Shown in pieces: positions 39,514-50,954 of a stretch of DNA of 64,000 nucleotides. The position numbers and the translations under genes are program-made. The notes below the pieces were generated by a model, which was not told the origin of the DNA, did not search any database, and saw nothing but the letters and a program-made list of their open reading frames with translations. This DNA is from Pristiophorus japonicus (Eukaryota), in contig NC_091999.1 in the NCBI RefSeq assembly GCF_044704955.1, forward strand, positions 17,422,001-17,486,000, in the 5' to 3' direction. The stretch's first letter is position 1. Each line of letters begins with the position of its first letter.

Positions 39514-39811
39514 CCTTTTCCTTGTGGATAGAATCTCTGATAGGAGTCGGCATATCCTGCTGGCTCACCACGCAGTAGAACTTATCCCCACTCAGCGAGT
39601 CTTGTGTCGAGATGTTTAAGTTGCTGATCACTATGTTGGGATCCTCACCGGGTTGGACGGCAATCTCTGATTTCAAAGCCTCCTTTTCTCTGGTCCAGGT
39701 AACGGTGAGCCCATAAGGAGCGTCAGACACGACGCAGGTTAAGGTCACCGTCGCCTCCCGTAAGTCCTGTGCCAGTGACTGTGATTTTTGAATCGCTGCA
39801 TGGGACATCCA
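39514..39811 (-). pseudogene. IGHM: IgM Cmu3 exon, frameshifted
   Basis: [42 protein letters not shown]. Exon is 298 nt (not 3n); a deletion removes the LPPxxE segment, so the phase-1 frame stops early. Confidence 0.92.
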
Positions 39812-41214
39812 CTGCAAAACAGGAATGAAAGTCAGGAAAAGCTGCATCTTCAGAATCAGGACACAATATTTAGCCTTAACTCGTTCAAGGGGGCTAAATC
39901 ACTTTTGAGATAGCAACCTCTCGCTGTTGCTTTAACACCGACGTTATTGGAAGGACAATGAATTGGCAACGATTCGGGGAGATCTGTAACATTTCCTGTG
40001 TATTTGCTGCCAGAGTCACCTGTAATTGGCTGTGAAGCAAATAACCAGCGTAAAACGGGAATACATTGTGGTGCAATTGTGTTAGGCACTGAATAGCGCT
40101 CTTCCTGAAATCCCTTGCTCCTTTATACCCATCTATAGATCCTTGCATCCAAACGCATCTCCGCTGGTTGTAATAGTGAAGCCCAAATAGCCCGAAGGTC
40201 AAGAGGTCTACACCAGCATTACTCTCGTTCGAAACAAGTGTCAATTTAATTTCAGGATTTATGGGACAACAGGAAACAAAGCTAAGTTTCTGGTCACTTG
40301 CTGTGATCTTTATTGCGGTGAAAATGTGCAGGAACCAGTCACAGCCCCCGTCAGAGGAGAAGTGCAAGGTCCGGAGAATGGAGTTCCAAAGGGTCTTTTG
40401 TGGTGGGGCATCATTTTTAATGATGTGAGGTAGTTTGTTAATTTCTGTCATTACTGAACATTTATCATGTCTGGTGAGAGAGAGTCAGAGTTAAATATGA
40501 CCTCAGGGCATTAATAGCAACATAGGAACAGGAGGAGGCCATTCATCCCATCTATCCTCTCCCGCAATCCAGTTATATCAGGGCTGATCTACACTCAACA
40601 CCATCTTCACGCCTTGGTTCTGTAACCCTTGATAATCTTGCCTAACAAAAATCTATCAATCTCACTTTTCAACTTTTCAATTGAAACCAAGCTTCAGCAG
40701 CTTTTGGGGAGGGAAATCCAGACTTTCTGTGAAGAAATCCTTCCTGACATCACTTCTGCACGATCCAGCTCTAACTTTAAGATTCTGCTATTTGTACTGG
40801 ACTTTTCCAACAAAGGAAATAATTGTTCTACATCTACTTGATTAATTGTATTTATCTACTTGAACACCTCAATTGTATCACCTCTTAATATTTTCTACTC
40901 GTCTCCTCATCATTTTATTTTATTAGTCCCGGTATAATTCGGGTAAACCTGAACTTTATCGCCTCCATGACCAGTATATCCTTCCTGAGGTGCGGAGCCC
41001 AGAATTGGACTCAGCGCTCTGAATAGGGTAGATGCCCATTCCAACAGTGGGTTCCAGGACAGTTAGCAGTAAAGGGTTCCAGACTCCGACTGCCACTCCG
41101 TATATGATCAGCCAACTCAGGATAAACCTGAGAATAAGGGCACGTTACTCACTGCCTGAAATCAGAGCAGGGGGAAAGCTTCGTTGGCGAGTTTATTAAA
41201 TCCTGAACAATGAG

Positions 41215-41640
41215 GAATCCTGAACCAGAAGATCGTGGGTTGAAGTCCCACTCCAGATACTTGATCACAAAATGTAAGCTGAGATTCCCAGTGCAGTACT
41301 GGGGGCGTGGTGCACTATCGGAGGTGCCGTCTTTCGGATCACGTGTTAAACCGAGGATCCGTCTGGCCTCAGGTGGACGTAAACGTTCCCCTGGAATTAT
41401 TTCAATGAAAAGCCGAGGAGTTCTCCCTGGTGGCCTGGGAATATTTATAGCTCAAAAAACACCACTAAGCAAAATATAATCTGGTCATTATCACACTGCT
41501 GTTTGTGGGAGATTGCTGTGCACTAAATGATTGCTGCACGTTGTACATTACAACTGTGATCACATTTCACAAATTAATTCATTGGCTGGCAAGCGATTTG
41601 GTTCAGACTAAGGTAGCTGAAGGCGCTGTTTCTAGGCAAG
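41215..41640 (+). mobile_element. Near-complete Deu-SINE (SacSINE1-like)
   Basis: tRNA-like GTGGGTTGAAGTCCCACTCCAGA head, GGAGGTGCCGTCTTTCGGAT..TAAACCGAGG, GCTGTTTGTGGGA..TGCTGTGC, CATTACAAC tail. Confidence 0.75.
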
Positions 41641-41777
41641 TTTGTAATCACAATAATACACAAACTGCATGATTGGAAATTAGGAACAGTTCGGTGCTTT
41701 TTACTAATTTCAATAAAAGTCCTGACTGAGATCAACGCTCAGAATGGTCTGTAACCTCCTGGGATTGTACCTCTTAC

Positions 41778-42095
41778 CCGGAGATCTGATGAAGTTACGG
41801 CTTTGCGTGACCCCTTCATGAGTGACCTGGCAGGTGTAGACCGAGCCGGTGAACCATTCCTCGGCGGGGACTGTCAGCCGACTGGCCGCCGAGAAGTTCC
41901 CGTTCACCTCAAATACGGGAGAGGTGACGGAGCCCGAATCTAGGAGTTGTCCACTCTCCAGCCAATTCACGGTCAGTGACTTTGGCCGGAAATCGATGAT
42001 TGAACACACGGCGCTTGCATATCTGCTGCTGGTGATTTGTTCAGTAGAACTCAGCGTGAGGAGAACAGTTGGAGGGATGATGTCGCGTTCAGGAT
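41778..42095 (-). pseudogene. IGHM: IgM Cmu2 exon (open frame, 318 nt)
   Basis: [37 protein letters not shown]...[27 protein letters not shown]; intact AG and GTAAG. Confidence 0.95.
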
Positions 42096-42239
42096 CTTCA
42101 AGAGAAGACAAATTATTGACAATGCTTGCAAAATCAATCATTAAGAAATGCAAAGTGTCCTTATATTTTAACAGGTTCTTCGCTGTCAGACTAACACTAA
42201 CCTGGCATTTACAGAGAGCAGAACTGTGCATAGTCTTCT

Positions 42240-42625
42240 CAGTGTGATCTGAAGACCGGAACTGTGCATAATATTCTTAGTATGATCTGGAGACCAGAAC
42301 GTTACACGGTATTCCAAGAGTGATTAGGAGACCAAAACTGTAAACAATATTCTTAGTATGATATGGAGACCTGAACTGTGGACAGTATTCTAAATGTGAT
42401 ATGGAAACCATAACTGTGCATAATATTTTAAGTATGATAGGGAGACCAGAACTATACACAGTATTTTAATTGTGATATGGGAGACCAGAACGGTGCACAG
42501 TATTATAAGTGCGATAGGGAGACCAGAACTATACACAGTACTCTAAGTGTGATATGGAGAACAGAACTGTACACAGCATTCCAAGTGTAATATGGAGACC
42601 AGAACTGTACACAGCACTCTAAGTG
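42240..42625. repeat. ~10 x 38-bp minisatellite derived from a CR1 segment
   Basis: Unit GTGATATGGAGACCAGAACTGTACACAGTATTCTAA.. is the reverse complement of the CR1 LEYCVQFWSP codons. Confidence 0.85.
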
Positions 42626-42704
42626 TCGTCTAACCAAATTTCTGTCCAAGTTGAACATACCTTCTCATCTTATCACAGTTTGCCCTGTATCCCACATCAC
42701 TAAC

Positions 42705-42800
42705 CTAGCATTGTGATGGCCTAGAACGACACACCACGTCAAACCTCGCAGTAGATTGTGCTGCTGCACACCTCTGACTCGGTGATGGTTAACCGGCTCT
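42705..42800 (-). pseudogene. IGHM: IgM Cmu1 exon, 3' remnant only
   Basis: [35 protein letters not shown] matches the shark Cmu1 end ([22 protein letters not shown]..W); two nonsense changes; 5' two-thirds missing. Confidence 0.85.
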
Positions 42801-43469
42801 TTTTCGTTCTTCCAGGAAAGGCTGATGATTTTATCTTTCTTTCAGGAAAAGCTGGTGATTTTTGGTTAGTAGTCCATCGCCAAACAGCGGAAGCAGTTTC
42901 TCCCTACTCAGCGCACTGTGATCTGGGCTCTATTCCATTCTATTGAATGGACGTTTCTTGAGTTTCCTCCTTCCTCCCACTCAATAAATAATTCGAATTA
43001 AATACCATTCCAAAATCCGGTTAATTGGAAGTTTCTCCTTAAAACGGCCCATTTCAATTCCCATTGTAGTACTTGTTATATAACAATGACCTGGACTTGG
43101 TTATAGAGAATCCATCTTGAAGTCCGAAGATGAAGCAAAACATGGCTACGTAGCCAATAGTGAGCATGATAGTAACAGACTTGAAGAGGAATCAGAGAGA
43201 CGAGTGAAATGGGCAGGGACATGGCAGGTGCAATTTAATGCGGATAATTGAGAAGCGGTGCACTTTGGGTGGAACATGGAGAGGCAGTATCATCTAAATA
43301 GTATTGTTTTGAGGGGATACAAAAACAAAAATATCTGGATATTGCACCCGTGTCAATATTACTAAAAATGTTCGGAAATGCTCACTGAAAGCCGAATTGT
43401 ATGCGTTTGTATGTGGGGTTGGGGTTGAAGCCCAGATTCTCAACGAGACAGAATCCAGACTCTCACAGG

Positions 43470-43551
43470 ACCAGGATAGCCGAATGGTTGAGGCGTTGGC
43501 CTTAAAATTCAATGGGTTTTTCCCGCGTGGGTTCGTACCCAACTCCTGGTA
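43470..43551 (+). tRNA. tRNA-Leu(TAA) pseudogene
   Basis: ACCAGGATAGCCGAATGG...CTTAAAA...GTTCGTACC..CCTGGTA; multiple mismatches to vertebrate Leu-TAA. Confidence 0.8.
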
Positions 43552-44276
43552 TCTCTTTAATTTAACACGGATTTCCTACCATTCTGATCAGTGAGACCGG
43601 ATTTTCATCGGTTGAATCAGCAAATTTCTGTAACAATGTGACACTCTGAACCGATAATGAAATGAAATTGTGAAATGTATCTGTGTCGCTCGGTCTCTGC
43701 CTCTCTCTCTCTCTTCAGAGTGTTGTGCATATGTTTGAGTCTTTGTCTCTCTCTGTCTGTCCCTGTTTCTCTGTTTATCTCTGTCTCTCAATCTGTCTCT
43801 TTCTCACGGTGCCACGTCTGTTCCAATGGGATTCTCTCAGACTCTTTGCCTGACTGGCTCTCTCTTTCCCATCATTTCGGTCTGTCCATGTCTTTGCCTG
43901 TCTCTGTTAGTCCCTGCCTGTAAGCTGAGAAGTATTTCCATCATTTTCTGTTTTAGTCTCTATCGCTCTCTCTCAATCTGTCTCTCTCCTTGTCACTGTC
44001 TTTATCATTGTCTTTCTCTCATTCTTTCCCTCTCTCTCTTAATAGATCACACACACACATCTCTGTATATGTATATGTTTGAGTCTTTTTCTCACTCAGT
44101 CTGCCTCTCCTTCTCAGTCTCACACTTTCTGTCTCTCGTTGTCTCTATCTCGCTGTCCGTCTCTCCCTGTTTGTCGGTTTGTCTCTGTCTCTCAATGTGT
44201 CTGTCGACTTCTCATGGTGTCCAATTCTGTTCACACTGGCTCGATTCCTGCTCTGACAAAACTGGCACTCGACAGT

Positions 44277-44348
44277 TCCTCGTTAGTATAGTGGTGAGTA
44301 ACCCCGCCTGTCACGCGAGAGACCGGCGTTCAATTCCCCGACGGAGAG
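44277..44348 (+). tRNA. tRNA-Asp(GTC), best-preserved copy, probably pseudogene
   Basis: TCCTCGTTAGTATAGTGGTGAGTAACCCCGCCTGTCACGCGAGAGACCGGCGTTCAATTCCCCGACGGAGAG; about 5 differences from vertebrate Asp-GTC, some breaking stems. Confidence 0.88.
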
Positions 44349-44542
44349 GCAGTTGTTTCAAAATATAGAATTTTACTTCTGTTTCTTGGTAGAGATTCAT
44401 ATTAAAAAGTTCCAGAGCAAGAAAGAACTGTAAAGGTACATGTAGAAGATAGAGCCTCTTCCAGATTTTTAGCAAACGGAGACTTTTTCACGATTCTTTG
44501 GCCGTCTGCTGCACAGAGATGGATGACTGAGTTTTTTCTGAG

Positions 44543-45548
44543 TGTTGTTTACATTGTACATTAATGATTTAGACGAGGGGATTAAATGCAGTATCTCCAA
44601 ATTTGTGGATGACACTAAGTTGGGTGGCAGTGTGAGCTGCGAGGAGGATGCTATGAGGCTGCAGAGTGACTTGGATAGGTTAGGTGAGTGGGCAAATGCA
44701 TGGCAGATGAAGTATAATGTGGGTAAATGTGAGGTTATCCACTTTGGTGGTAAAAACAGAGAGACAGACTATTATCTGAATGGTGACAGATTAGGAAAAG
44801 GAAGGTGCAACGAGACCTGGGTGTCATGGTACATCAGTCATTGAAGGTTAGCATGCAGGTACAGCAGGCGGTTAAGAAAGCAAATGGCATGTTGGCCTTT
44901 GTAGCGAGGGGATTTTAATACAGGGGCAGGGAGGTGTTGCTACAGTTGTACAGGGCCTTGGTGAGGCCACACCTGGAGTATTGTGTACAGTTTTGGTCTC
45001 CTAACTTGAGCAAGGACATTCTTGCTATTGAGGGAGTGCAGCGAAGATTCACCAGACTGATTCCCGGGATGGCGGGATTGACCTATCAAGAAAGACTGGA
45101 TCAACTGGGCTTGTATTCACTGGAGTTCAGAAGAATGAGAGGGGACCTCATGGAAACGTTTAAAATTCTGACGGGTTTAGACAGGTTAGATGCAGAAAGA
45201 ATGTTCCAAATGTTGGGGAAGTCCAGAACCAGGGGTCACAGTCTGAGGATAAGGGGTAAGCCATTTAGGATCGAGATGAGGAGAAACTTCTTCACCCAGA
45301 GAGTGGTGAACCTGTGGAATTCTCAACCACAGAAAGTAGTTGAGGCCAATTCACTAAATATATACAAAAGGGAGTTAGATGAAGTCCTTACTACTCGGGG
45401 GATCAAGGGTTATGATGAGAATGCAGGAAGGGGGTACTGAAGTTTCATGTTCAGCCATGAACTCATTGAATGGTGGTGCAGGCTAGAAGGGCTGAATGGC
45501 CTGCTCCTGCACCTATTTTCTTTGTTTCTATGTTTCTATGTTTCTATG
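44543..45548 (+). mobile_element. Young 5'-truncated CR1
   Basis: Near-identical to 1886-2980; one frameshift; (TTTCTATG)n tail. Confidence 0.95.
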
Positions 45549-45582
45549 AATCTCTACCTTGTACTCACAAGGTTTGCACAGG

Positions 45583-45665
45583 ACTAGGGTAGCCGAGTGG
45601 TTAAGGCGTTGTCCTTAAAATTGAATGGGGCTTTTCCCGCGTGGGTTCGTGCCCTACTCCTGGTA
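45583..45665 (+). tRNA. tRNA-Leu(TAA) pseudogene
   Basis: GCCGAGTGGTTAAGGCGTTG.CCTTAAAA...GGGTTCGTGCC..CTCCTGGTA. Confidence 0.8.
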
Positions 45666-45906
45666 TCTCTTCAATTTGACACGGATTTCCTCCCATTCTG
45701 ATCAATAAAACCGAATTTTCATCGGTTGAATCAGCAATTTTCTGTAACAATGTGACACTCTGAACCGATAATAAAATTAAATTATGAAATGCATTTGTGT
45801 CGCTCGGTCTCTGCCTCTCTCTCTTCAGAGAACTGTGCATGCGTTGGGATGTTTGAGTCTTTGTCTCTCTCAGTCTGACTCACTCTGTCTGTCCATGAAA
45901 GACACA

Positions 45907-45986
45907 GTACTCGTGGCCGAGTGGTTAACGCGACGGAAGAGAAATCCATTGGGTTATCCCGCCAGGTTCGAATCCTGCCAACAACG
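45907..45986 (+). tRNA. tRNA-Ser(AGA) pseudogene
   Basis: GTACTCGTGGCCGAGTGGTTAA...AGAAATCCATTGGG...GGTTCGAATCCTGCC; damaged anticodon arm. Confidence 0.8.
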
Positions 45987-46282
45987 ATTCTCAGCATTTT
46001 TCATTCTATTTCACAATTTAACCGGTTCTCTGGCAAACTGATCCTGAGATAAATGGAATAACGTCCCACACCTTTCAACACTGACAGTTTATTCTCATTT
46101 TTATTAATCTGCAATATTCACGATACATCCGTTTCAAAAATCGCAAACATCAGTCAAAGTTGCGACAGTGATTCAGCCTGTATATCCCTCGAGATGTCTA
46201 AGGCATCTGTGCATGCCCGTTGGTGCGTGCAAATTTTTGGTTATGTGTGTGTGTGTCTCTGTGTCTCTCTATCTCTATATAT

Positions 46283-46930
46283 GGCATGTTCGCCTTCATA
46301 GCTGGGTGATTTGAGTATAGGAGCAGGGATGTCTTACTGCAGTTGTACAGGGCCTTGGTGAGGCCATACCTGGAATGTTGTGTTCAGTTTTGGTCCCCGA
46401 ATCTGAGAAAGGACGTACTTGCTATTGAGGGATTACAGCGAAGGTTCACCAGCATGATTCCCGGGATGGCAGGATTGACATCTGAGGAGAGACTGGATCA
46501 ACTGGACTGGTATCCACTGGAGTTTAGAAGAATGAGAGGGGATCACACAGAAACATATAAAATTCTGACGAGATTGGACAACTTAGAGACTGGAAGAATG
46601 TTCTCGTTGCTGGGGTGTTTGAGACCAAGGATTAAATTCTAAAAATAAGGGGTAAGCCATTTATGACCGAGATGAGGAGAAACTTCTTCACTCAGAGAGT
46701 GGTTAACCTGTGAAATTTTCTACCGCAGAAAGTCGTTGAGGCCAGTTCGTTAGATATAATCAAAAGGGAGTTAGATATGGCCCTTATGGCTAAAGAGATC
46801 AAGGGGCATGGAGAGAAAGCAGGAAATGGGTACAGAGGTTGAATGATGAGCCATGATCTTATTGAATGGTGGTGCAGGTTCGAAGGGCCGAATGTCATAT
46901 TCCTGCACCTAATTTCTATGTTTCTATGTT
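46283..46930 (+). mobile_element. CR1 3' fragment co-amplified in tDNA unit 1 (paralogues ~49628-50335, ~53750-54478)
   Basis: Same CR1 segment with the same downstream flank (TTGATGCGTGTATAT) in each unit. Confidence 0.88.
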
Positions 46931-47451
46931 GATGCGTGTATATTTTTGCTTATTGTGTGTGCGTGTATCTGTGTATGTCTATCTGTATGTATGTATCTGT
47001 GTATGTGCAAATGTCTGTGGAAATCATCACCATGAATTTGGTACGTCCTGGAACTTTTAAAAAAACTTGGGGAAATAATACGGTTGTGAACTTTGGTTCA
47101 GTGGCTCCATTCTCGACTGAAGCAGGAGGTTGTGTGTGTAAGTCCCACTCCTGAGACTTGAAAACATCATCTTGGATGACAGTCAAATGCATTATTTGGG
47201 GAATGTTGCATTGTTGAAGCTGTTGACCATCGGCTGAAATTTTAAATTGAAGCTCCATCTGCCCCCTCGGGTGTATGTGAAAGTTCCCAGAGCCTTAGTC
47301 GAAAAAGAATCGGAGAGCTGCACCCGTGTCAATATTACGAAAAATGTTCGTAAATGCTCCCTGAAATCCAATGTGTCTGTGTGTCACTGTGGGGGTGGAG
47401 CTGAAGCCCAGATTCTCACCGAGGTAGAGACCAACCACTGACATGATCACG

Positions 47452-47534
47452 ACCAGGATGGCCGAGGGGTAAAGGCGTTAGACTTAAGATGTAATGGGTT
47501 TATACCCACGTGGGTTCAACCCCGCCTTCTGGTA
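47452..47534 (+). tRNA. tRNA-Leu(TAA) pseudogene
   Basis: ACCAGGATGGCCGAG..GACTTAAGAT...TGGTA. Confidence 0.82.
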
Positions 47535-48718
47535 ATTCCTTAATTAAACAGAGATTTTTCCCATCCTGCTCAGTGATACCCGATTTTCATCTGCTGAATC
47601 ACCAATTTTCTGTAACTATGTGACACTCTGAGCCGAAAAAGAAATGAAATTTTGAAATGTATCTGTGTCACTCTCTCTCTTTAGAGAGCTGTGTTTGTGT
47701 TTTCGTGTTTGAGTCTTTGTCTCTCTCTCTGTCTACCTCTCTCTGACCCACTCTGTTTGTCCCTGTTTCTCTGTTTGTCTCTGTCTCTCAATCTGTCTCT
47801 TTCTCACGGTGTCTAGTTCTGTTGCCATGGGATTCTCTCAGACTCTCTGTCTGACTGTCTCTTTCTGTCCCGTTATCTCTGTCTGTCCATGTCTTTGCCT
47901 GTCTCTGTTAGTCCCTGTCTCTAACCTGATAAGTATTTCCATTATTTTCTGTTTTTATCTCTATGTCTCTCTCTCTCTATCTGTCTTTCCCTCGATCTGT
48001 CGCCCTCTTTGTCTCTCTTTTTGTCCCTCTTTTTCTCTGTCATTCCATAACTATCTGCCTCCCTCTCTTTATGGAGCATGCAAATACATCTCTGTGCACG
48101 TCTGTGTTTGAGTCTTTTTCTCATTCAGTCTGATCCTCCCTTTCAGTCTCAAACTTTATTTCTCTCTTTGTCTCTACCTCGCTATCTGTCTCTCCTCGTT
48201 TCCCTGTTTGTCTCTGGTTCTCAATGTGTCTGTCACTTTCTCACGGTGTCCAGTTCTGTTCGAATGAGATTCTCTCAGTCTCTCTGTCTGACTGTCTCAC
48301 TCTTTCCCATCATCTCTGTCTGTCTATCTTTTCTGCCTATCTGTCTCTCTTTGCCTGTCGCTGGTAGTTCCTGTCTCTAACCTGCTGAGTATTTCCATCA
48401 TTTTCTGTTTATATCTTTGCCTCTCTCCCAATCTGTCGCTGTCTCTCTATCTGTCTCTCTCCTTGTCACTCTCTTTATCATTGTCTTTCTTTCACTTTTT
48501 CCCTCTCTCTCTTTATTGATCACACACACACATCTCTTTATATGTAGGTGTTTGAGTCTTTTTCTCAGAGTCTGCTTGACTTTTCAGTCTCACCCTTTCT
48601 GTCTCTCGTTGTCTCTCTCTCGCTATCTGTCTCTCCCTGTTTGTCGGTTTGTCTCTGTCTCTCAAAGTGTCTGTCGACTTCTGTTCACAGCTCGATAACT
48701 GCTTTGCCACAACCCGTA

Positions 48719-48790
48719 TTCTCGTCCGCATAGTGGTGAGTATCCCCGCCTGTTACGTTGAAGAACCGGGTTCAATTCCCCAATGAAAAA
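48719..48790 (+). tRNA. tRNA-Asp pseudogene (anticodon mutated to GTT)
   Basis: TAGTGGTGAGTATCCCCGCCTGTTACG..GGGTTCAATTCCCC; broken acceptor stem. Confidence 0.75.
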
Positions 48791-49009
48791 GCAGCTTTTT
48801 CAAAATGTCGAATTTTACTTCTGTTTCTTGGAAAAGATTCGTATTAAAAAGTTTCAGAGCAATATGGAACAGTAAAGATACAGCAAGAGGAGATTGACTC
48901 TTCCAGATTTTTTGCAAACGGAGACTTTTTCAGGATTTTGTGGCCGTCTGCTGCACAGAGATGGATGACTGAGTTTTTTCTGAGTAACGTTTAAAGTGCC
49001 AGAGACGCA

Positions 49010-49091
49010 GTAGTTGTGGCTGAGTGGTTAACGCGATTTTCTAGAAATCCTTTGGGTTTACCCCGCGCAGGAACGAATCCTGCCGGCTCTG
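49010..49091 (+). tRNA. tRNA-Ser(AGA) pseudogene
   Basis: GTAGTTGTGGCTGAGTGGTTAA..CTAGAAATCC..CCCCGCGCAGG; B-box damaged. Confidence 0.78.
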
Positions 49092-50871
49092 ATTCTCAGC
49101 ATTTTTCATTCCATTTTATAATTTAACCAGGTTTTTGCAAAACCGTTCCTAAGATAGGCGGAAGAACGTCCCACACCTTTCAACACTGAAATCTATTTCT
49201 CATTGTTATGCAATATCTCAATATCTGCAATATTCAGGATGCATACAGATAGAAAAACGCAAAAATCAGCCAAAGTAGCGAAAGTGATTCAGCCTGTCTA
49301 TCCCTCCATATGTATAAGGCATCTGTGCATGTCCGTTGGTGCATGTATATTTTTGTTTATGTGTGTGTGTGTGTGTCTCTGTGTCTGTCTATCTGTATCT
49401 ATGTCTCTGTGTATGTGCAACTGTCTGTGGAAATCATCACCATGAATTTGGTATGTTCTGGAACTTTTAAAAAAGACTTGGGGAAAATAATACGGTTGTG
49501 AACTTTGGTATTGGCTTTCGTTCAGTGGCAGCATCCTTGACTGAAAAACGCAAAAGCCAGCCAAAGTAGCGACAGTGACGCTGCCTGTCTATCCATCTAT
49601 TTGTCTAAGGCAACCTATGTATATCTTGATCTGGGTGTCATGGTACATCAGTCATTGATTGTTGGTATGCAGGTGCAGAAGGCGGTAAAAAAGCCAAATG
49701 GCATGTTCGCCTTCATAGCGAGGGGATTTGAGTATAGTTGCAGGGAGGTCTTACTGCAATTGTACAGGGCCTTGGTGAGGCCACACGTTAAATACTGCGT
49801 TCAGTTTTGGTCTCCAAATCTGAGGAAGGACGTCCTTGCTATTGAGGGAACACAGCGAAGGTTCACCAGCATGATTCCCGGAATGGCAGGGCTGACATAT
49901 GAGGAGAGACTGGATCAACTGGGCTGGTATCCACTGGAGTTTAGAAGAATGAGTGGGGATCTCATAGAAACATATAAAATTCTGACGAGATTGGACAGCT
50001 TCGAGGCTGGAAGAATGTTCTCGTTGCTGGGGTGTTCAAGACCAAGGATGACAGTCTAAGAATAAGGTGTAAGCAATTTAGGACCGAGATGAGGAGAAAC
50101 TTTTTCATTCAGAGCGTGGTTAACCTGTGAAATTTTCCACCGCAGAATGACGTTGAGGCCAGTTCGTTAGATATATTCAAAAGGGCCCTTACGGCTAAAG
50201 GGATCAAGGGGTATGGAGAGAAAGTAGGAATGGGGTACTGAGGTTGAATGATGAGCCATGATCTTATTGAATGGTGGTGCAGGCTCGAAGGGCCGAATGG
50301 CATATTCCTGCACCTAATTTCTATGTTTCTATGTTGATGCGTGTATATCTTTGGTTATTGTGTTTGTATGTGTCTGTGTATGTCTATCTGTATGTATGTC
50401 TCTGTGTACGTGCAACTCTTTGTGGAAATCATCACCATGAATTTAGTACGTCCTGGAACTTTTAAAAAAACTTGCGGAAAATAATACGGTTGTGATCTCT
50501 GATATCGGTTTTGGTTCAGTGGCTCCATTCTCGACTGAATCAGGAGGTTGTGTGTGTAAGTCCCACTTCTGAGACTTGAACACATCATCTTGGCTGACAC
50601 TCAAATGCAGTACTTGGGGAATGTTGCATTGTTGAAGCTGTTGACCATCGGCTGAAATTTTAAATTGAAGCTCCATCTGCACCATCGGGTGGATGTGAAA
50701 GTTCCCAGAGCTTTAGTCGAAAAAGAATAGGAGAGTTGCGCCCGTGTCAATATGACGAAAAATGTTCATAAATGCTCCCTGAAATCCTATGTGTCTATGT
50801 GTCGCTGTGGGCGTGGAGCTGAAGCTCAGATTTCTCACAGAGGCAGAGTCCAACCACTGACAGGATCAGGA

Positions 50872-50954
50872 CCCAGGATGGCCGAGTGGTAAATGTGTTG
50901 GACTTAAGATCTAATGGGTTTATACCCGCGTGGGTTTGAACCCCAGTCCTGGTA
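50872..50954 (+). tRNA. tRNA-Leu(TAA) pseudogene
   Basis: CCAGGATGGCCGAGTGG...GGACTTAAGATC...CCTGGTA. Confidence 0.82.

Noticed and set aside
38250-42095. IgNAR or IgW identity for the constant exons
   Set aside because: Domain sequences, four-domain order and tailpiece match shark IgM Cmu1-4.
42240-42625. Ig class-switch region
   Set aside because: Wrong position (between Cmu1 and Cmu2), not AGCT/G-rich, and clearly CR1-derived.
48719-48790. Anticodon-switched tRNA (Asp body with GTT anticodon)
   Set aside because: Acceptor and anticodon stems are broken; simple pseudogene decay.
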